From the IMG/VR virus record IMGVR_UViG_3300006169_000166, positions 4,590-68,589 of that record: a stretch of DNA of 64,000 nt; one strand, given 5' to 3'. This DNA comes from a virus (taxonomy: Duplodnaviria; Caudoviricetes). The position numbers were made by a program, and so were the translations under genes. Below the pieces are notes generated by a model. It searched no databases. It had not been told where the DNA came from and was given only the letters and a program-made list of their open reading frames with translations. Shown one piece after another: positions 36,490 through 46,627 of this stretch (position 1 is its first letter; every line of letters starts with the position of its first letter).

Positions 36490-38799
36490 TTATGCGCCGT
36501 AGCCGAGGCCGTAGCCGAAGCCGTAGCCGCTCAGCCGCAGCGGAATGCGGAGCCGATGATGCTGATGCGAAGCCAGGCCGTCCCGCTCCGACTCCAGCTC
36601 GACCCGGACGATCGCCGGGGCGCCGTCGGCGGCCTGCATCGCCGCGTCATAGGTCCACGGTCCCGACGCCAGCCCGCTCACCGTCCGCAGCGGGGGGTCG
36701 GCGTCGGGGCCTTCCGCGTCGTAGATGCGGATGTTGTAGGTCGTCCCCGGTTCCGGCCCGACGCCCGCTTCCGCATAGCCGACGAGCTGGTCGTCCTGGA
36801 GCAGGCGGTCGCGATGAACCCAGTCGATCTCGGGTTCCGGCCGCTCGGTCGTCTGCACGAGCGTCAGGGCCTCGAGACCGTCAACGGTGACTCCGGCAGG
36901 CGGATAGGGCCGCCCCTGCCGGCCCGCGAGCGTGATCGCCAGTGTCGCGGCGTCGCCCTCCGCAAGCAGGTCGCTCGAGGTGCGCGGAAGCACCTTGGCC
37001 TCGACATCCTCGCCGCTGACATAGGTGCGCTCGTCGCCGACGAGGTCGTCGTCGATCGTCCAGGCCCTGGCTCCCGCCGAATGCGCCTCGGGGACGGTAT
37101 CGGCAACGCCGCGCTTGACCGTCACGACATGGGTCACCGGATCGTAGGCGGTGAGCTCCATCTGCTCGTCGTCGACGAGGATCGCCTGCCCGATATTGGC
37201 CGCGTCGAAGTTGCGTTCACCAGCGACTTCGAAACTGGTCTGGAGGATGGTGATCGCGGCGGCCAGTGTCGCCGATCCGGTGAAGGCGCCGGTCGGGCCG
37301 TCCGCGAACGCGGGTTCGCCGGCGGCGCGCGACACCAGTTCATATTGGTACAGCGAGGGGTCGCCTGCCTGGGCAACCACGCCGATGAAGGCATCCGTCG
37401 GCTCGACCAGTGCGCGCTCGGATGCGGGCATCCCAAGCACCAGGTCGCGCCAGTTCGCCTCGACGATCCGTTCGGCGGCCGCGGGAACCGCCGTCTGCAG
37501 CGGCGGAGTCCAGCTACCCTCGACCGGCGTGACGAAGCTGGATTCCGGCAGGCCCCAGACGTCCTGCATCGCCTTTACGGTGATTCGGCCGTCGCGGTGC
37601 GAACGGTCGGTGATCTCGCCGACTCGAAGCACCATGTTGGCGATGCCGCGCCGGGTGTCGGAGATGCGGAACACCATGCCCGGCCGCAGCTTCCATCCGC
37701 GGCGGTCGAGCACGACGGTTTTCTTCTTGAGTCCAAGGGCGGTTTCACGAAGGTCGCGCTGCAGAGCCCGAAGCAGCAGATCCTTCGTCGGAATCCCCTT
37801 ATATTCCTTTTCCTGCGCGTTCGGCGCGCCCTGCGATGTGCGGGCGGCCAGGTTGTGGACGCGCAACTGGAACGGCTTGTTGGTTATCGGGTCATGGCCG
37901 GAGCCGATGATCTCGTTGAAAATCTCGTCCTGGCTGCTCGAATCCTCGTCCTTGATGTCGAGCAGCCCGTTGCCGGGATGGAACAGGGGCAGGTCGTCGG
38001 CGACATAATCGTTGCGGATGGGCTTGATGACGATCTTGCCGGTCTGCGGGTCGGTGTAGCGCGCGATGCCCGCATGTTCGCACACCGTATCCATGAAAGA
38101 GTCGAGTTCCTGCCCCTTGCGCTGCCAGTTGAAGCACAGCCCGAAAGATTCGGAGCAGAACAGGTTGGCCGAATAGATGAAGCTGTTTTCATCCAGCTTC
38201 GACCAGGGCAGCCCCCGGCCCCACGACGGGTCGGTGTAGCATTGGAAGAGGATATGCGCCGGGTTCATCGCATGGATCTTGCCGCCATCCAGGAAGATGA
38301 CGGACTTCGCCGGATACCAGCAGTCGTCGTCGTACCAGCCGGCCGAGTAGCGGCGAAGCCGGAACGACCATTCCTTCGGATAGGGGTTCATCGAGCAGAT
38401 GAGGCCCGAGAACCAAAGCATGGTGGTGCCCCGGAACTCCGAAATCAGGCTGCGCTTGTCGGCATCGCCGTCGCTGATCGCATCCTTGACGTCGGGCAAG
38501 GTCTGCGTGCCCGAAAGCGGCCCGGTCGCGCCGCTGTTCGCCGAACCGGAACCCGGCAGCACCTGGTCCTTCGCGCCGAGGAGCAGGCGGAACGGCCCCT
38601 GGATTCCCCCTTCCTTTTTCTTGCCGCCGAACAGGTCGGGCTTGCTGATCGCCTGGACGTCGCCGCCGCAGGCGTCGGCTTCCCATGCGATCTTGTCCCC
38701 CACCATGATCGCGCGCAGCTGGTTGATCGGACCGCGCGCGAGGCCGAACAGCAAATCCATCATATAATGATAGCCGATGGTCTGCCCGCCCTTACCCAC
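36490..38799 (-). CDS. Central tail/baseplate hub protein
   Basis: IGYHY, MNPAHIL...WGRG, GRQGRPYPP. Confidence 0.85.
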   Translation of the reverse strand: MGKGGQTIGYHYMMDLLFGLARGPINQLRAIMVGDKIAWEADACGGDVQAISKPDLFGGKKKEGGIQGPFRLLLGAKDQVLPGSGSANSGATGPLSGTQTLPDVKDAISDGDADKRSLISEFRGTTMLWFSGLICSMNPYPKEWSFRLRRYSAGWYDDDCWYPAKSVIFLDGGKIHAMNPAHILFQCYTDPSWGRGLPWSKLDENSFIYSANLFCSESFGLCFNWQRKGQELDSFMDTVCEHAGIARYTDPQTGKIVIKPIRNDYVADDLPLFHPGNGLLDIKDEDSSSQDEIFNEIIGSGHDPITNKPFQLRVHNLAARTSQGAPNAQEKEYKGIPTKDLLLRALQRDLRETALGLKKKTVVLDRRGWKLRPGMVFRISDTRRGIANMVLRVGEITDRSHRDGRITVKAMQDVWGLPESSFVTPVEGSWTPPLQTAVPAAAERIVEANWRDLVLGMPASERALVEPTDAFIGVVAQAGDPSLYQYELVSRAAGEPAFADGPTGAFTGSATLAAAITILQTSFEVAGERNFDAANIGQAILVDDEQMELTAYDPVTHVVTVKRGVADTVPEAHSAGARAWTIDDDLVGDERTYVSGEDVEAKVLPRTSSDLLAEGDAATLAITLAGRQGRPYPPAGVTVDGLEALTLVQTTERPEPEIDWVHRDRLLQDDQLVGYAEAGVGPEPGTTYNIRIYDAEGPDADPPLRTVSGLASGPWTYDAAMQAADGAPAIVRVELESERDGLASHQHHRLRIPLRLSGYGFGYGLGYGA

Positions 38800-39004
38800 G
38801 GCGGGCCTCCTGGCGGGCGGCGGCGGCGGCCTTCAACGCGTTCGGGTCGCCGGTGCATTCGAGGACGGTGGCCGGGATCCCCGCGGACAGGAAGCCGTTC
38901 CAGTCGAGTCCGTGGCGGGCGAAGAAGGCGCGGGCGCCGCGCGCGCACAGCCGCGCCGCGCGGACATGGCGCATCCGCACCCGGGGTTCCTCGGCCTCGG
39001 TCAC
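38792..39004 (-). CDS. Small tail assembly protein
   Basis: MRHVRAARLCARGARAFFARHGLDW. Confidence 0.75.
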   Translation of the reverse strand: MTEAEEPRVRMRHVRAARLCARGARAFFARHGLDWNGFLSAGIPATVLECTGDPNALKAAAAARQEARRG

Positions 39005-39237
39005 TTCTTGCCTCCCGACGCCTTGATCTTCTTGGTGCGGAGATTGCCCCACCACATGACCATCGGCCCGTCGGCCCATGCGTCCCCGAAGATGATGTTC
39101 TGCGGCGTCCCGTCCTCGCACTGGGGAAAGTCGAACGCCTCGATCCCGGCGGCCTTGGTCTTGGTGCGCTTCACCAGCAGCATGCTGATCAGCATGCTCG
39201 CGGTCATCAGCAGCAGGGAGAACAGGAAGGCCGGCAT
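39001..39237 (-). CDS. Small tail-tip assembly protein
   Basis: FDFPQCEDGTP..IIFGD. Confidence 0.75.
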   Translation of the reverse strand: MPAFLFSLLLMTASMLISMLLVKRTKTKAAGIEAFDFPQCEDGTPQNIIFGDAWADGPMVMWWGNLRTKKIKASGGKK

Positions 39238-39275
39238 CTCGCCTATCCTCGTATCACGAGTTTAGTGACTCTTCG

Positions 39276-40118
39276 TCAGAAGGAGAAGTCCCCGTCGAAC
39301 GGCGACTTGCCGGCCATGAAATCGAAGCCGCCGAAATTGGCGATATTGTCGAAGCGGTCGCGGCAGGTCTGGGGCGTGAGGTCGCAGCCGAGATAGAGCG
39401 TGACGGCCTGGCCGACGGTCAGCCGGTCGGTGGTGCCGAGCAGGTTCACGGTCGTGCCGCCGGAAAAGGATTCGATCGCCCGGCGGTCGAGCGCGCCTTC
39501 CGCCGACGCCTCCCACTCGATGAAGCCGCCGGCGAAATGCGCGCCCGGAAAGGCGCCGAGGCTTGCGACGGTGACGGAGGCGCCGGTCAGCGCGTCGATC
39601 ACTGTCTCCACCTTGAACGATTCCTTGTCGACGCGGCAGTCCGCGTCGTAAAGCGCGCTGTTGCAGCCATGCTCCCAGCATTTGCGGAGGCCCGTCCTGC
39701 GCGTGCGGCCGCTGATCGGTATTCCGACCAGACGTCCTTTCGCGGCATCCTCGCCGCCGACGTTCGTCACCGTCCCGGTCCAATAGACGATCGCCTGCGC
39801 GTCGGGATCGCCCTTGTGGTAGCGGCGGACAGTCAGCGTGATCTCCGTGCTCGGCGGCGTCCCGACGAAGAGTTGCACGACCGGCAGGTTCCGCGGCAAC
39901 GCCACCTCGAAATCCTCGCCCGCTGACGGCCCCTGCGTGAATCCGTTGTCGGAGATCGCGGTCGCGGTCCAGACGATCGGATTGCCGTCCTCGTCCTCGC
40001 CATGCTCGACGTCGCTGTCGGCACTGGTGTAGCGCCAGACGGTTGGCCCCCATGTGAACTCGTAGAGCGACACCGGCCGCCCGAGGAAATTGGAGATTTC
40101 GAACAGCTTGAAGGCCAT
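39276..40118 (-). CDS. DUF2163/BR0599 tail assembly protein
   Basis: CNSALYDADC; GCDLT..TC..RFDNIANFGGF. Confidence 0.88.
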   Translation of the reverse strand: MAFKLFEISNFLGRPVSLYEFTWGPTVWRYTSADSDVEHGEDEDGNPIVWTATAISDNGFTQGPSAGEDFEVALPRNLPVVQLFVGTPPSTEITLTVRRYHKGDPDAQAIVYWTGTVTNVGGEDAAKGRLVGIPISGRTRRTGLRKCWEHGCNSALYDADCRVDKESFKVETVIDALTGASVTVASLGAFPGAHFAGGFIEWEASAEGALDRRAIESFSGGTTVNLLGTTDRLTVGQAVTLYLGCDLTPQTCRDRFDNIANFGGFDFMAGKSPFDGDFSF

Positions 40119-40121
40119 TGT

Positions 40122-42605
40122 TCAGGCTCCGGTGAAGGTGATGTTGCCGGTCTGCCGGTCGATGGTGACGGTGCCGATCAGTTCCGCGCTGGTGCCGGCG
40201 GGAACCTCGACGCTGTCGATCGTCGGCATCGGCAGGCGGTCGGGATAGAGTGAGGGGCTTTCCCAGCGCCAGGTGTTGACGAAAGCCCCGGAATTGGGGC
40301 GCAGGCTGGCGTCCGTCCACGGGTTTTCGCCGCGCACGGCGATGCCGCGGATGGTCGCCTGACGCCCGACCGCGTAGCGCCAGGTCGGCATGTAATAGGC
40401 CGCGTTATGGCCGTTGAGCACGAAGCCGAGGCCCGTTTCCGCATTCGTCGACGGGAAGGCGTCATATTGCACGCCGCCGATGGTGACGCTCGAGGAGCCG
40501 CCGCCATCCGCAGGCATGCGGGTCAGCGCATATTCCTCGACCAGTGGCGGCGATGGCCCGCCCGGCCCGTAGCCGGGGACATAGGTATAAACTTCCGGGT
40601 TGCGCAGCGGATAGACGATGAAGGCGTTGGGGTCGGTGGCAGGCGACACGGTGACCGTTTCGACCTCGCGCCAGAGACTTTCGTCGGAACGCCACTGGAA
40701 GAAGGTGTCCATGACATTCTGGAGGGCGTTGGTGCTGTAATTGACCGTGTGCCCCTCGAGTTCGGGGAAGGTCGCGATGATTCGCTCGAGGTTGGCGGCG
40801 CCCGAATAGGCCGACTTCAGCTTCAGCAGGGTCGGCGCCGCCAGGATCGCGTCCGGGGTCTCGGGATCCATGCCGTCATAGTCGCGGGTCAGCGAACCGA
40901 CATAAGCGGTGCCGAGGCATTCCTGCTGCGTCTCGGCGCCATATTCCATGCCGTCGCCACCCCAGACGGTGAAGGTGTTGACGTAGGCGTAGATGCGGAT
41001 GTCCACCGGCTCGAATGCCGGCAGGGCGGTGAGGTCGACGCGGAGCGAGGCGTAATAGGTATCGGAATCGGGGCCGACCTCGCTGCCGCCGAACAAGGTC
41101 GGGAAGAAGATGATTTCCGAGAAGAACACGCCATCGTCGCTCGCCGTGCCGGAATCGGTTTCCGGCGGGGCTGCAAGCACGGCGGTGAAGCGCGCGAACT
41201 GTGCGTCGGGCATGTCGGTGAGATCGAACTCGACCAGTGCATGGTCGTAGGGATCGCCGCCGCCGGTGATCTCGTCCGGGTCCGCGTCGGTTCCGTCGGA
41301 CGGGCCGCCGCTGCTGCCGTCGTCGAGGCCGGGGACGCAGCTGTCGCCCTCCGCCGGCGCGCCGCAGTTCGCCGTCGACTTCACCGACGCCGGGATGCGA
41401 TAGTCGATCACCACGTCCTCGGTGCGCTCGTCGCGGAAGGCGCGGAAGCTGAGGTTGCACTCCGCCGCGCCGTCGCTGTCGGTATGGTGGAGGATCTCGA
41501 TATCATCATGCGCCAGTCGGCAGGTGTCGAGGAACGACGCGAATGCGCCGGCCTCGATGTCGCTGCCGAGCGGTGCGGCCAGGGTCAGCCGTTCCTCGCC
41601 GTCGGACGGGGCCGCGTCGGTGCCGTCGATCTGAGCAGTCACGCTTCCGTCGATCAGGATGTGGCGCCGCCCGCTGACCGCTCCGCCGGTCGCCTCATAG
41701 CCGACGCGCCTGATGTCGATCTGCTCGTCGGTCGCCAGTGCGGACTGCGACAGCAAGAGGTCGCGCTGGAACGTCGGCACCCAGATCGCTCCGGCCTTGC
41801 CCCGAAGCCGATAGAGCAGCTGGCGGAATGCCGCCTGCTCGCTGCGGCCGCGCAGCATCCAGCCGTGGGTCTGCAGCGTGAAGGCCCGGCCCGCGTCGTC
41901 GGCGACATGGACCAGCCCATGCTCGTTGTCGAGTTCGTCCACCATGCGCTGGAAGTCGACGTCGACCTTCTCGCGCCAGTTCGGTTCCTGCGTCAGGAGC
42001 GGATAGTCGCCGTAGGTTGAATCCCACTCCCCTTCGTCGGCGAGGTCGCTGGACTGGTCGAGGTCGAACGCCAGCTTCGCGGTGCCGACGGCGCTCGACA
42101 GGGCGGACAGCTTCGACTCCTTGGCGAGCCGCGCCCGGCGCAGCGGGTGGACGGTCGTGCCGGCGGGCCATGCGCGTGTGACGCCGCCCGCGGAAACGGT
42201 GATCGAATCCGGTGCGACCGCCTCGACCTCCACCTTGTCCCACATGAAGGCGTCGCCGAGAATGATCGCCAGTCCACCTGCCTCGAACTCGCGATTTTCC
42301 GTGTCGATTGGAATGTCGGTGGCGCCAACGGCGACGGCTTCGCTCAGCGTCGCCTTGTCATGCCACAGCGGCAACATGAACGATTGCGCCCCGAAGCGGT
42401 GCAGCCACAGGTCGAGATAGGTGCGCTCGTTGCCGTCGCAGGTGAAATCCACCTCGAAGCTGCGGCGTGGCGACAGCCGCAGGGACCGGCGCTGCTCGAC
42501 CCCATAACTGCTCGTCAGGACGTCGGTCAGCCAGCTCAGCCGCTCGAGGATCCCGCCTTTCCAGTTGGGGCGGATCGTCCAGGCAGGGAGATCGATGTCG
42601 GCCAT
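40122..42605 (-). CDS. Distal tail protein with long C-terminal extension
   Basis: PNWKGGILERLSWLTD, EQRRSLR; true start overlaps the TMP stop. Confidence 0.8.
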   Translation of the reverse strand: MADIDLPAWTIRPNWKGGILERLSWLTDVLTSSYGVEQRRSLRLSPRRSFEVDFTCDGNERTYLDLWLHRFGAQSFMLPLWHDKATLSEAVAVGATDIPIDTENREFEAGGLAIILGDAFMWDKVEVEAVAPDSITVSAGGVTRAWPAGTTVHPLRRARLAKESKLSALSSAVGTAKLAFDLDQSSDLADEGEWDSTYGDYPLLTQEPNWREKVDVDFQRMVDELDNEHGLVHVADDAGRAFTLQTHGWMLRGRSEQAAFRQLLYRLRGKAGAIWVPTFQRDLLLSQSALATDEQIDIRRVGYEATGGAVSGRRHILIDGSVTAQIDGTDAAPSDGEERLTLAAPLGSDIEAGAFASFLDTCRLAHDDIEILHHTDSDGAAECNLSFRAFRDERTEDVVIDYRIPASVKSTANCGAPAEGDSCVPGLDDGSSGGPSDGTDADPDEITGGGDPYDHALVEFDLTDMPDAQFARFTAVLAAPPETDSGTASDDGVFFSEIIFFPTLFGGSEVGPDSDTYYASLRVDLTALPAFEPVDIRIYAYVNTFTVWGGDGMEYGAETQQECLGTAYVGSLTRDYDGMDPETPDAILAAPTLLKLKSAYSGAANLERIIATFPELEGHTVNYSTNALQNVMDTFFQWRSDESLWREVETVTVSPATDPNAFIVYPLRNPEVYTYVPGYGPGGPSPPLVEEYALTRMPADGGGSSSVTIGGVQYDAFPSTNAETGLGFVLNGHNAAYYMPTWRYAVGRQATIRGIAVRGENPWTDASLRPNSGAFVNTWRWESPSLYPDRLPMPTIDSVEVPAGTSAELIGTVTIDRQTGNITFTGA

Positions 42606-45600
42606 CAGCGGTCGAGCTCCTGCTGAAGCGTCGCCTTGTTGCGCTTCATGTGCATCAGCCACACCTTCTCGCCAGCGCTGCCGGCAGTCGCCGCCGAGAT
42701 TTCCTCGTCGCCGACGGCGAGGACGGCACGAAGGTTGGCCGGGGACAATCCGCCGCTTTCCCCGCCGCCGTTGCGGCGGTGACGGCGGTCGGCTTCGGTC
42801 AGCACTTCCTCGCCGCGCTTCAGGATGGCCGGCACTTCGTTCGGAGCAAGCCCCGCGATCCCGCCCTCGTGGTAACGCCTCGCGCCCGCGAACACCGCCG
42901 GGCTGACCGCGCGGTGCATGGATGGCGCACCGGCGATCCCGCCGCCGTGATGCGCGCCGAACAGGCTGCCGACGATGCTGGCGATCCCGCCGCCGGCGCC
43001 GCCCGCCCCGCTTCCTCCGCCGCTGACCGCGTTGAAGATGACCTGCTTCAGGATCATCAGGCCGATCTGGCGCAGGAAGTCGGCCGCGAACTGGGCGAAC
43101 ATCCGCCACAGCGAGTTCAGCACCCCCTCCCCTTGCGCAAGGCTCTGGAAGAAATTGTCGACCGCCTGCGTCGCCTGATTGGCGAGGCTTTCATTGATCT
43201 GCTGGCCGGTCATCAGGAACTGGCGGCCCATCAACTGGGTCTGCCGGTTGGCCGCCTCGAGGCTGAGGATGATGGCCTGAATGGCGTCGGCCGACATGCC
43301 GCTCGCCGCCAGTTGCGCAGGGTCGGCGAGAACCGCCTGCCAGGCGGCAATGGCGTCCGCACGCAGTTGAACCAGTTTCTGCCGGGTCGCGTCGAGCAGG
43401 GCGATCGCCTGCTGCGCGCCTTCGCCGTCGCCGAGCAGCTGACGCTCGTCGATGCTCTGAAGAAGGCCCTGCTGAAGCTGCTCTCCGCCGACGATCTGCC
43501 GGTCAAGCGCGTCCAGTTTCAGCTTGGACAGCGTGAAGGCCGTGCCCTCGATCTCCTTGCGCAGGTCGCGGAAGCCCTGAAGCGCAGCGGTGCGCGCCGG
43601 CGAGTCCTTCTGTGCCTGCCAATATTGCTTGATCGCCGCGAGCGCCGCCTCGAGGGCCGGGCGTTGCTGGTTCAGCAGGCCGGTCAGCCTCTCGACCTCG
43701 GCGGTGTCGCCGCGTTCGGACGCGGCGGTGATCGCCGACAGCAGTGCTGTGCGCAGGTCCTGCTGCTCGCGCAGCATGTCGTTGACCTTGCGCTCGCCAT
43801 TCTCGAGGTCGAACTGGTCGCCGACCGTCTTCTTAATTTCATCGCGGCGGGTGGCCGACAGTTGCAGATGCTTGTCGGCGGCGTCCTTCTCGGCATCGTG
43901 GATGGCGCGGGCGATCGCTTCCTCGCGCTCGGCATTGTAGAGCGCTTCGGCGGACAGGCCGAGCTGGTCGCGCAGATATTTGATCGTCAGCTGCCGCGCG
44001 AGATTCTCGTCGTCGATCTTCTTGTTGAAATTATCCTGTTGCTGGGCGAGCTGGATCTGCGCCTGAAGTTCCGAATCCGTGCCTTCCACGCCCTCGCCGA
44101 TGTCGCCCGGCCGCCGGAATGCCGACACCTGGTTGCGGGCGAATGTGGAGACGGTGACCGCCCCTCCACCGCGGCTGCCCTGGTTGCCGCCAAGGACACG
44201 GACGTTGCCCTTCGAATCGAACCCGTCGAAGAACCCCACATGGCCGGACGCCCCGCGCGCCTGCGGCTTCAGGACGACGATGTCGCCTTTCTCCGGTGCG
44301 TTGGTCGCGGTGCCGTAATTCTTGAACGAGCTCGCCAGTTGGGAGCCGCTCGTCGGTAGCCCCTTCGAATTGAGGATGGCGTTGACGAACGCCGCGCACC
44401 AGGCCGCCTTCGCCGGGTCGATCTGGATGCCTGCCGCCTTGAACAGCGCCTGGAGGGCGGCATTGTCCTGGCGGTCGCCCTCGCTCCGGCCGAGAAAACT
44501 GCTGGCCGTTCCCATCAAATCGTCGCGGCGGCCGCGCTGGATCTGCTGCCGCATCGCGGACTCGGCTTCGGCCTTGCGCATCTGCGCGATGCGCTCGTTG
44601 CCCTTGTCCAGTTCCGAATTGATCGCCTGGATATAGGCCATCTGCCCGGCGATCCGGATCCGGTCCGTGTCGCTGGTGGCGTTGCGCAGTTCGCGCTGAA
44701 GCCGGATCTGCTCGCGCGCCGCGTTGACCGCGTCCTGGTCGGCGCCTGCGCCCTTGGTGTCGAGCGCGGCCGCGTCCGGGCTGAGCAAGGGATGAGACTT
44801 GAGGAAGTCCTCGACCAAATTCTTGGAACCGCCGCCGCGTTCGGAGCGCCTGCCGCCCAGCATGCCAAGCACGGCCGCTCCGGCTGCGAGTGGCACCGGA
44901 AGGGTGGCGATCGACCCCGGCGGCAGCGAGAAGCCGGCGCCCGCCCCGCCACTCGTGCCTCCCGCGCCCGCCTGGGCGCCGCTGGGCAGGTTCGAACGCG
45001 CGTCATTGACGCGGTCGATCATGTCGGCGAGGTCGGACAGTGCGTCGGCGAGGTTGCCGGTGATGTTGAGCAGGCTGTTCGCAAAGGCGCTGTCGCCGAA
45101 GCTGGCTTTCAACCGCTCCCACGCGGAGTCGAGATCCTCGACCGCCCGCGTCCACGGGCCGCGCATTTCCTCGGCGCCTTCGTGCATCCGCTTGCGGAAC
45201 TTCTCGAACGCCTCGGTGCGCGCTTCGGCCGCCCGGCCGCTCTGGAACAGGATCCGGATATGCTCGCGCTCGGTGGCGGTCAGGAAATTGGTTTCGTCGT
45301 CCAGCTTGGCGATCGCATCGTAGCCGCCGGTGAACGATGTCGCCAGTTGCTGCGCGGCGTCCTTGACGTCGACCCCCAGCACCCGCGCCATGTCGCGTGC
45401 GGCCATGCCGAACGACTCGAAATATGCCGGGTTGAGTCCGTCCTTGACGAACTGGCGCGTGATCGCGACCGCTTCCTCGGCGGTGATATGATATTGCTTC
45501 AACGCCTCGACATCGGCGTTGAGCGCTTCGGCGCTGTAGCGCGCCCCGTCGGCATTGGCCTTGAGGATCCCGGAGAAGGTGCGCAGGCGCTCGGCCTGGT

Positions 45601-46627
45601 CGGCCGCCTGCTTGACCGCGAGCGCGACCGCGCCGAACGTCCCGACCGCGACGAGAATCGCGGGGTTGCCGAGCGCGGCCATGATCGACTCGCCGAGCCT
45701 CGGGAACAACTGGATCAACTGGCCGCCCTGCTGCGCCAGGATCTGCATCGGCTTTTGCCCGGACGCGATTCCGGTGACGATGTCGTTGACCTGGTAGCCG
45801 AGGTTGGTCAGCTCGTAGGGCTTGAGGCCGAACAGCCCGATCTTGCCCTTCTCGCCACGGCCGACACGCTCGAGCGCATCGGCGGCGTCCTTCGCGTCGG
45901 CGGCCAGCATCTTCTCGGCGGCCGCCATTTCCTCCGCGCTGATCGCGCCGGCGCGGTGAAGCGCCCGAACCTTCTCCAGTTCGGTTTCCATGTGGCGGTA
46001 GATTTGTGCGACGGGGTTGAGCCGGTCGCGGAGCAGCGCCGCCGCATCGGCCTGCCGCTTCAGGGCATCGGCTGCGGCCAGCTTGCCCTGCGCTTCGGCA
46101 ACATCGCCACCCATCGCCTCGACCGCATTGGCGACACTGGCGAGATGCTGATATTCCGCCGAAACCGACTTCAGCGTATCGAGTTCGCGCTGAAGCTGGC
46201 CGGTGACGCGCTTGATCGCGCCTTCGACCTTGCCCTGCGCCGCTTCGATCTCCTTGATCTTGGCTGCGGTGGCTTCCTCGTTGCCGGTCGCCCGGCCGGC
46301 CGCGCTCACCTGCGCTGCCGCCCGGACGCTTCCGAGACGCTGCGCTTCGAGGGCCTGGAGTTCCCGAGTGAGCTCGCGAACCTTGGCCCGTTGCCGGTCG
46401 AGTGCGGAGTCGGCTCGCGAACTGGCGCCGGCGACCGATGCCGATGTCTTGGCATAAGTGCCGAGGGTGGCGGCAAGCGCCGCGAGGTCGCGGTTGACAT
46501 TGCCCGATCCGCTGCCGAGCGCCCCCTGCGCATCGCGCAGTTCCAGCAGGGCCGCGGCGATGCCGTCGGCCGCGCGGCTCGCCTCGTCGCGGAGGCGGAC
46601 GATGAATTGGACGTCGCGGGCCGTCAT
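42605..46627 (-). CDS. Tape measure protein with internal CHAP/NlpC-like (TIGR02594-type) domain
   Basis: LGYQVNDIVT..ASGQ.P...AQQGGQ; AWCAAFVN...GDIVV...GHVGF...LGGNQ. Confidence 0.92.
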   Translation of the reverse strand: MTARDVQFIVRLRDEASRAADGIAAALLELRDAQGALGSGSGNVNRDLAALAATLGTYAKTSASVAGASSRADSALDRQRAKVRELTRELQALEAQRLGSVRAAAQVSAAGRATGNEEATAAKIKEIEAAQGKVEGAIKRVTGQLQRELDTLKSVSAEYQHLASVANAVEAMGGDVAEAQGKLAAADALKRQADAAALLRDRLNPVAQIYRHMETELEKVRALHRAGAISAEEMAAAEKMLAADAKDAADALERVGRGEKGKIGLFGLKPYELTNLGYQVNDIVTGIASGQKPMQILAQQGGQLIQLFPRLGESIMAALGNPAILVAVGTFGAVALAVKQAADQAERLRTFSGILKANADGARYSAEALNADVEALKQYHITAEEAVAITRQFVKDGLNPAYFESFGMAARDMARVLGVDVKDAAQQLATSFTGGYDAIAKLDDETNFLTATEREHIRILFQSGRAAEARTEAFEKFRKRMHEGAEEMRGPWTRAVEDLDSAWERLKASFGDSAFANSLLNITGNLADALSDLADMIDRVNDARSNLPSGAQAGAGGTSGGAGAGFSLPPGSIATLPVPLAAGAAVLGMLGGRRSERGGGSKNLVEDFLKSHPLLSPDAAALDTKGAGADQDAVNAAREQIRLQRELRNATSDTDRIRIAGQMAYIQAINSELDKGNERIAQMRKAEAESAMRQQIQRGRRDDLMGTASSFLGRSEGDRQDNAALQALFKAAGIQIDPAKAAWCAAFVNAILNSKGLPTSGSQLASSFKNYGTATNAPEKGDIVVLKPQARGASGHVGFFDGFDSKGNVRVLGGNQGSRGGGAVTVSTFARNQVSAFRRPGDIGEGVEGTDSELQAQIQLAQQQDNFNKKIDDENLARQLTIKYLRDQLGLSAEALYNAEREEAIARAIHDAEKDAADKHLQLSATRRDEIKKTVGDQFDLENGERKVNDMLREQQDLRTALLSAITAASERGDTAEVERLTGLLNQQRPALEAALAAIKQYWQAQKDSPARTAALQGFRDLRKEIEGTAFTLSKLKLDALDRQIVGGEQLQQGLLQSIDERQLLGDGEGAQQAIALLDATRQKLVQLRADAIAAWQAVLADPAQLAASGMSADAIQAIILSLEAANRQTQLMGRQFLMTGQQINESLANQATQAVDNFFQSLAQGEGVLNSLWRMFAQFAADFLRQIGLMILKQVIFNAVSGGGSGAGGAGGGIASIVGSLFGAHHGGGIAGAPSMHRAVSPAVFAGARRYHEGGIAGLAPNEVPAILKRGEEVLTEADRRHRRNGGGESGGLSPANLRAVLAVGDEEISAATAGSAGEKVWLMHMKRNKATLQQELDR

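Noticed and set aside
36484-39396. Long antisense ORFs (also 44792-46708, 55054-57444, 31771-33312, 21686-23311)
   Set aside because: Shadow frames of high-GC coding genes with low-complexity Arg/Ala/Gly translations and no motifs
35210-42605. Diversity-generating retroelement or invertible tail-fibre shufflon
   Set aside because: No reverse transcriptase, template/variable repeat pair or invertase seen
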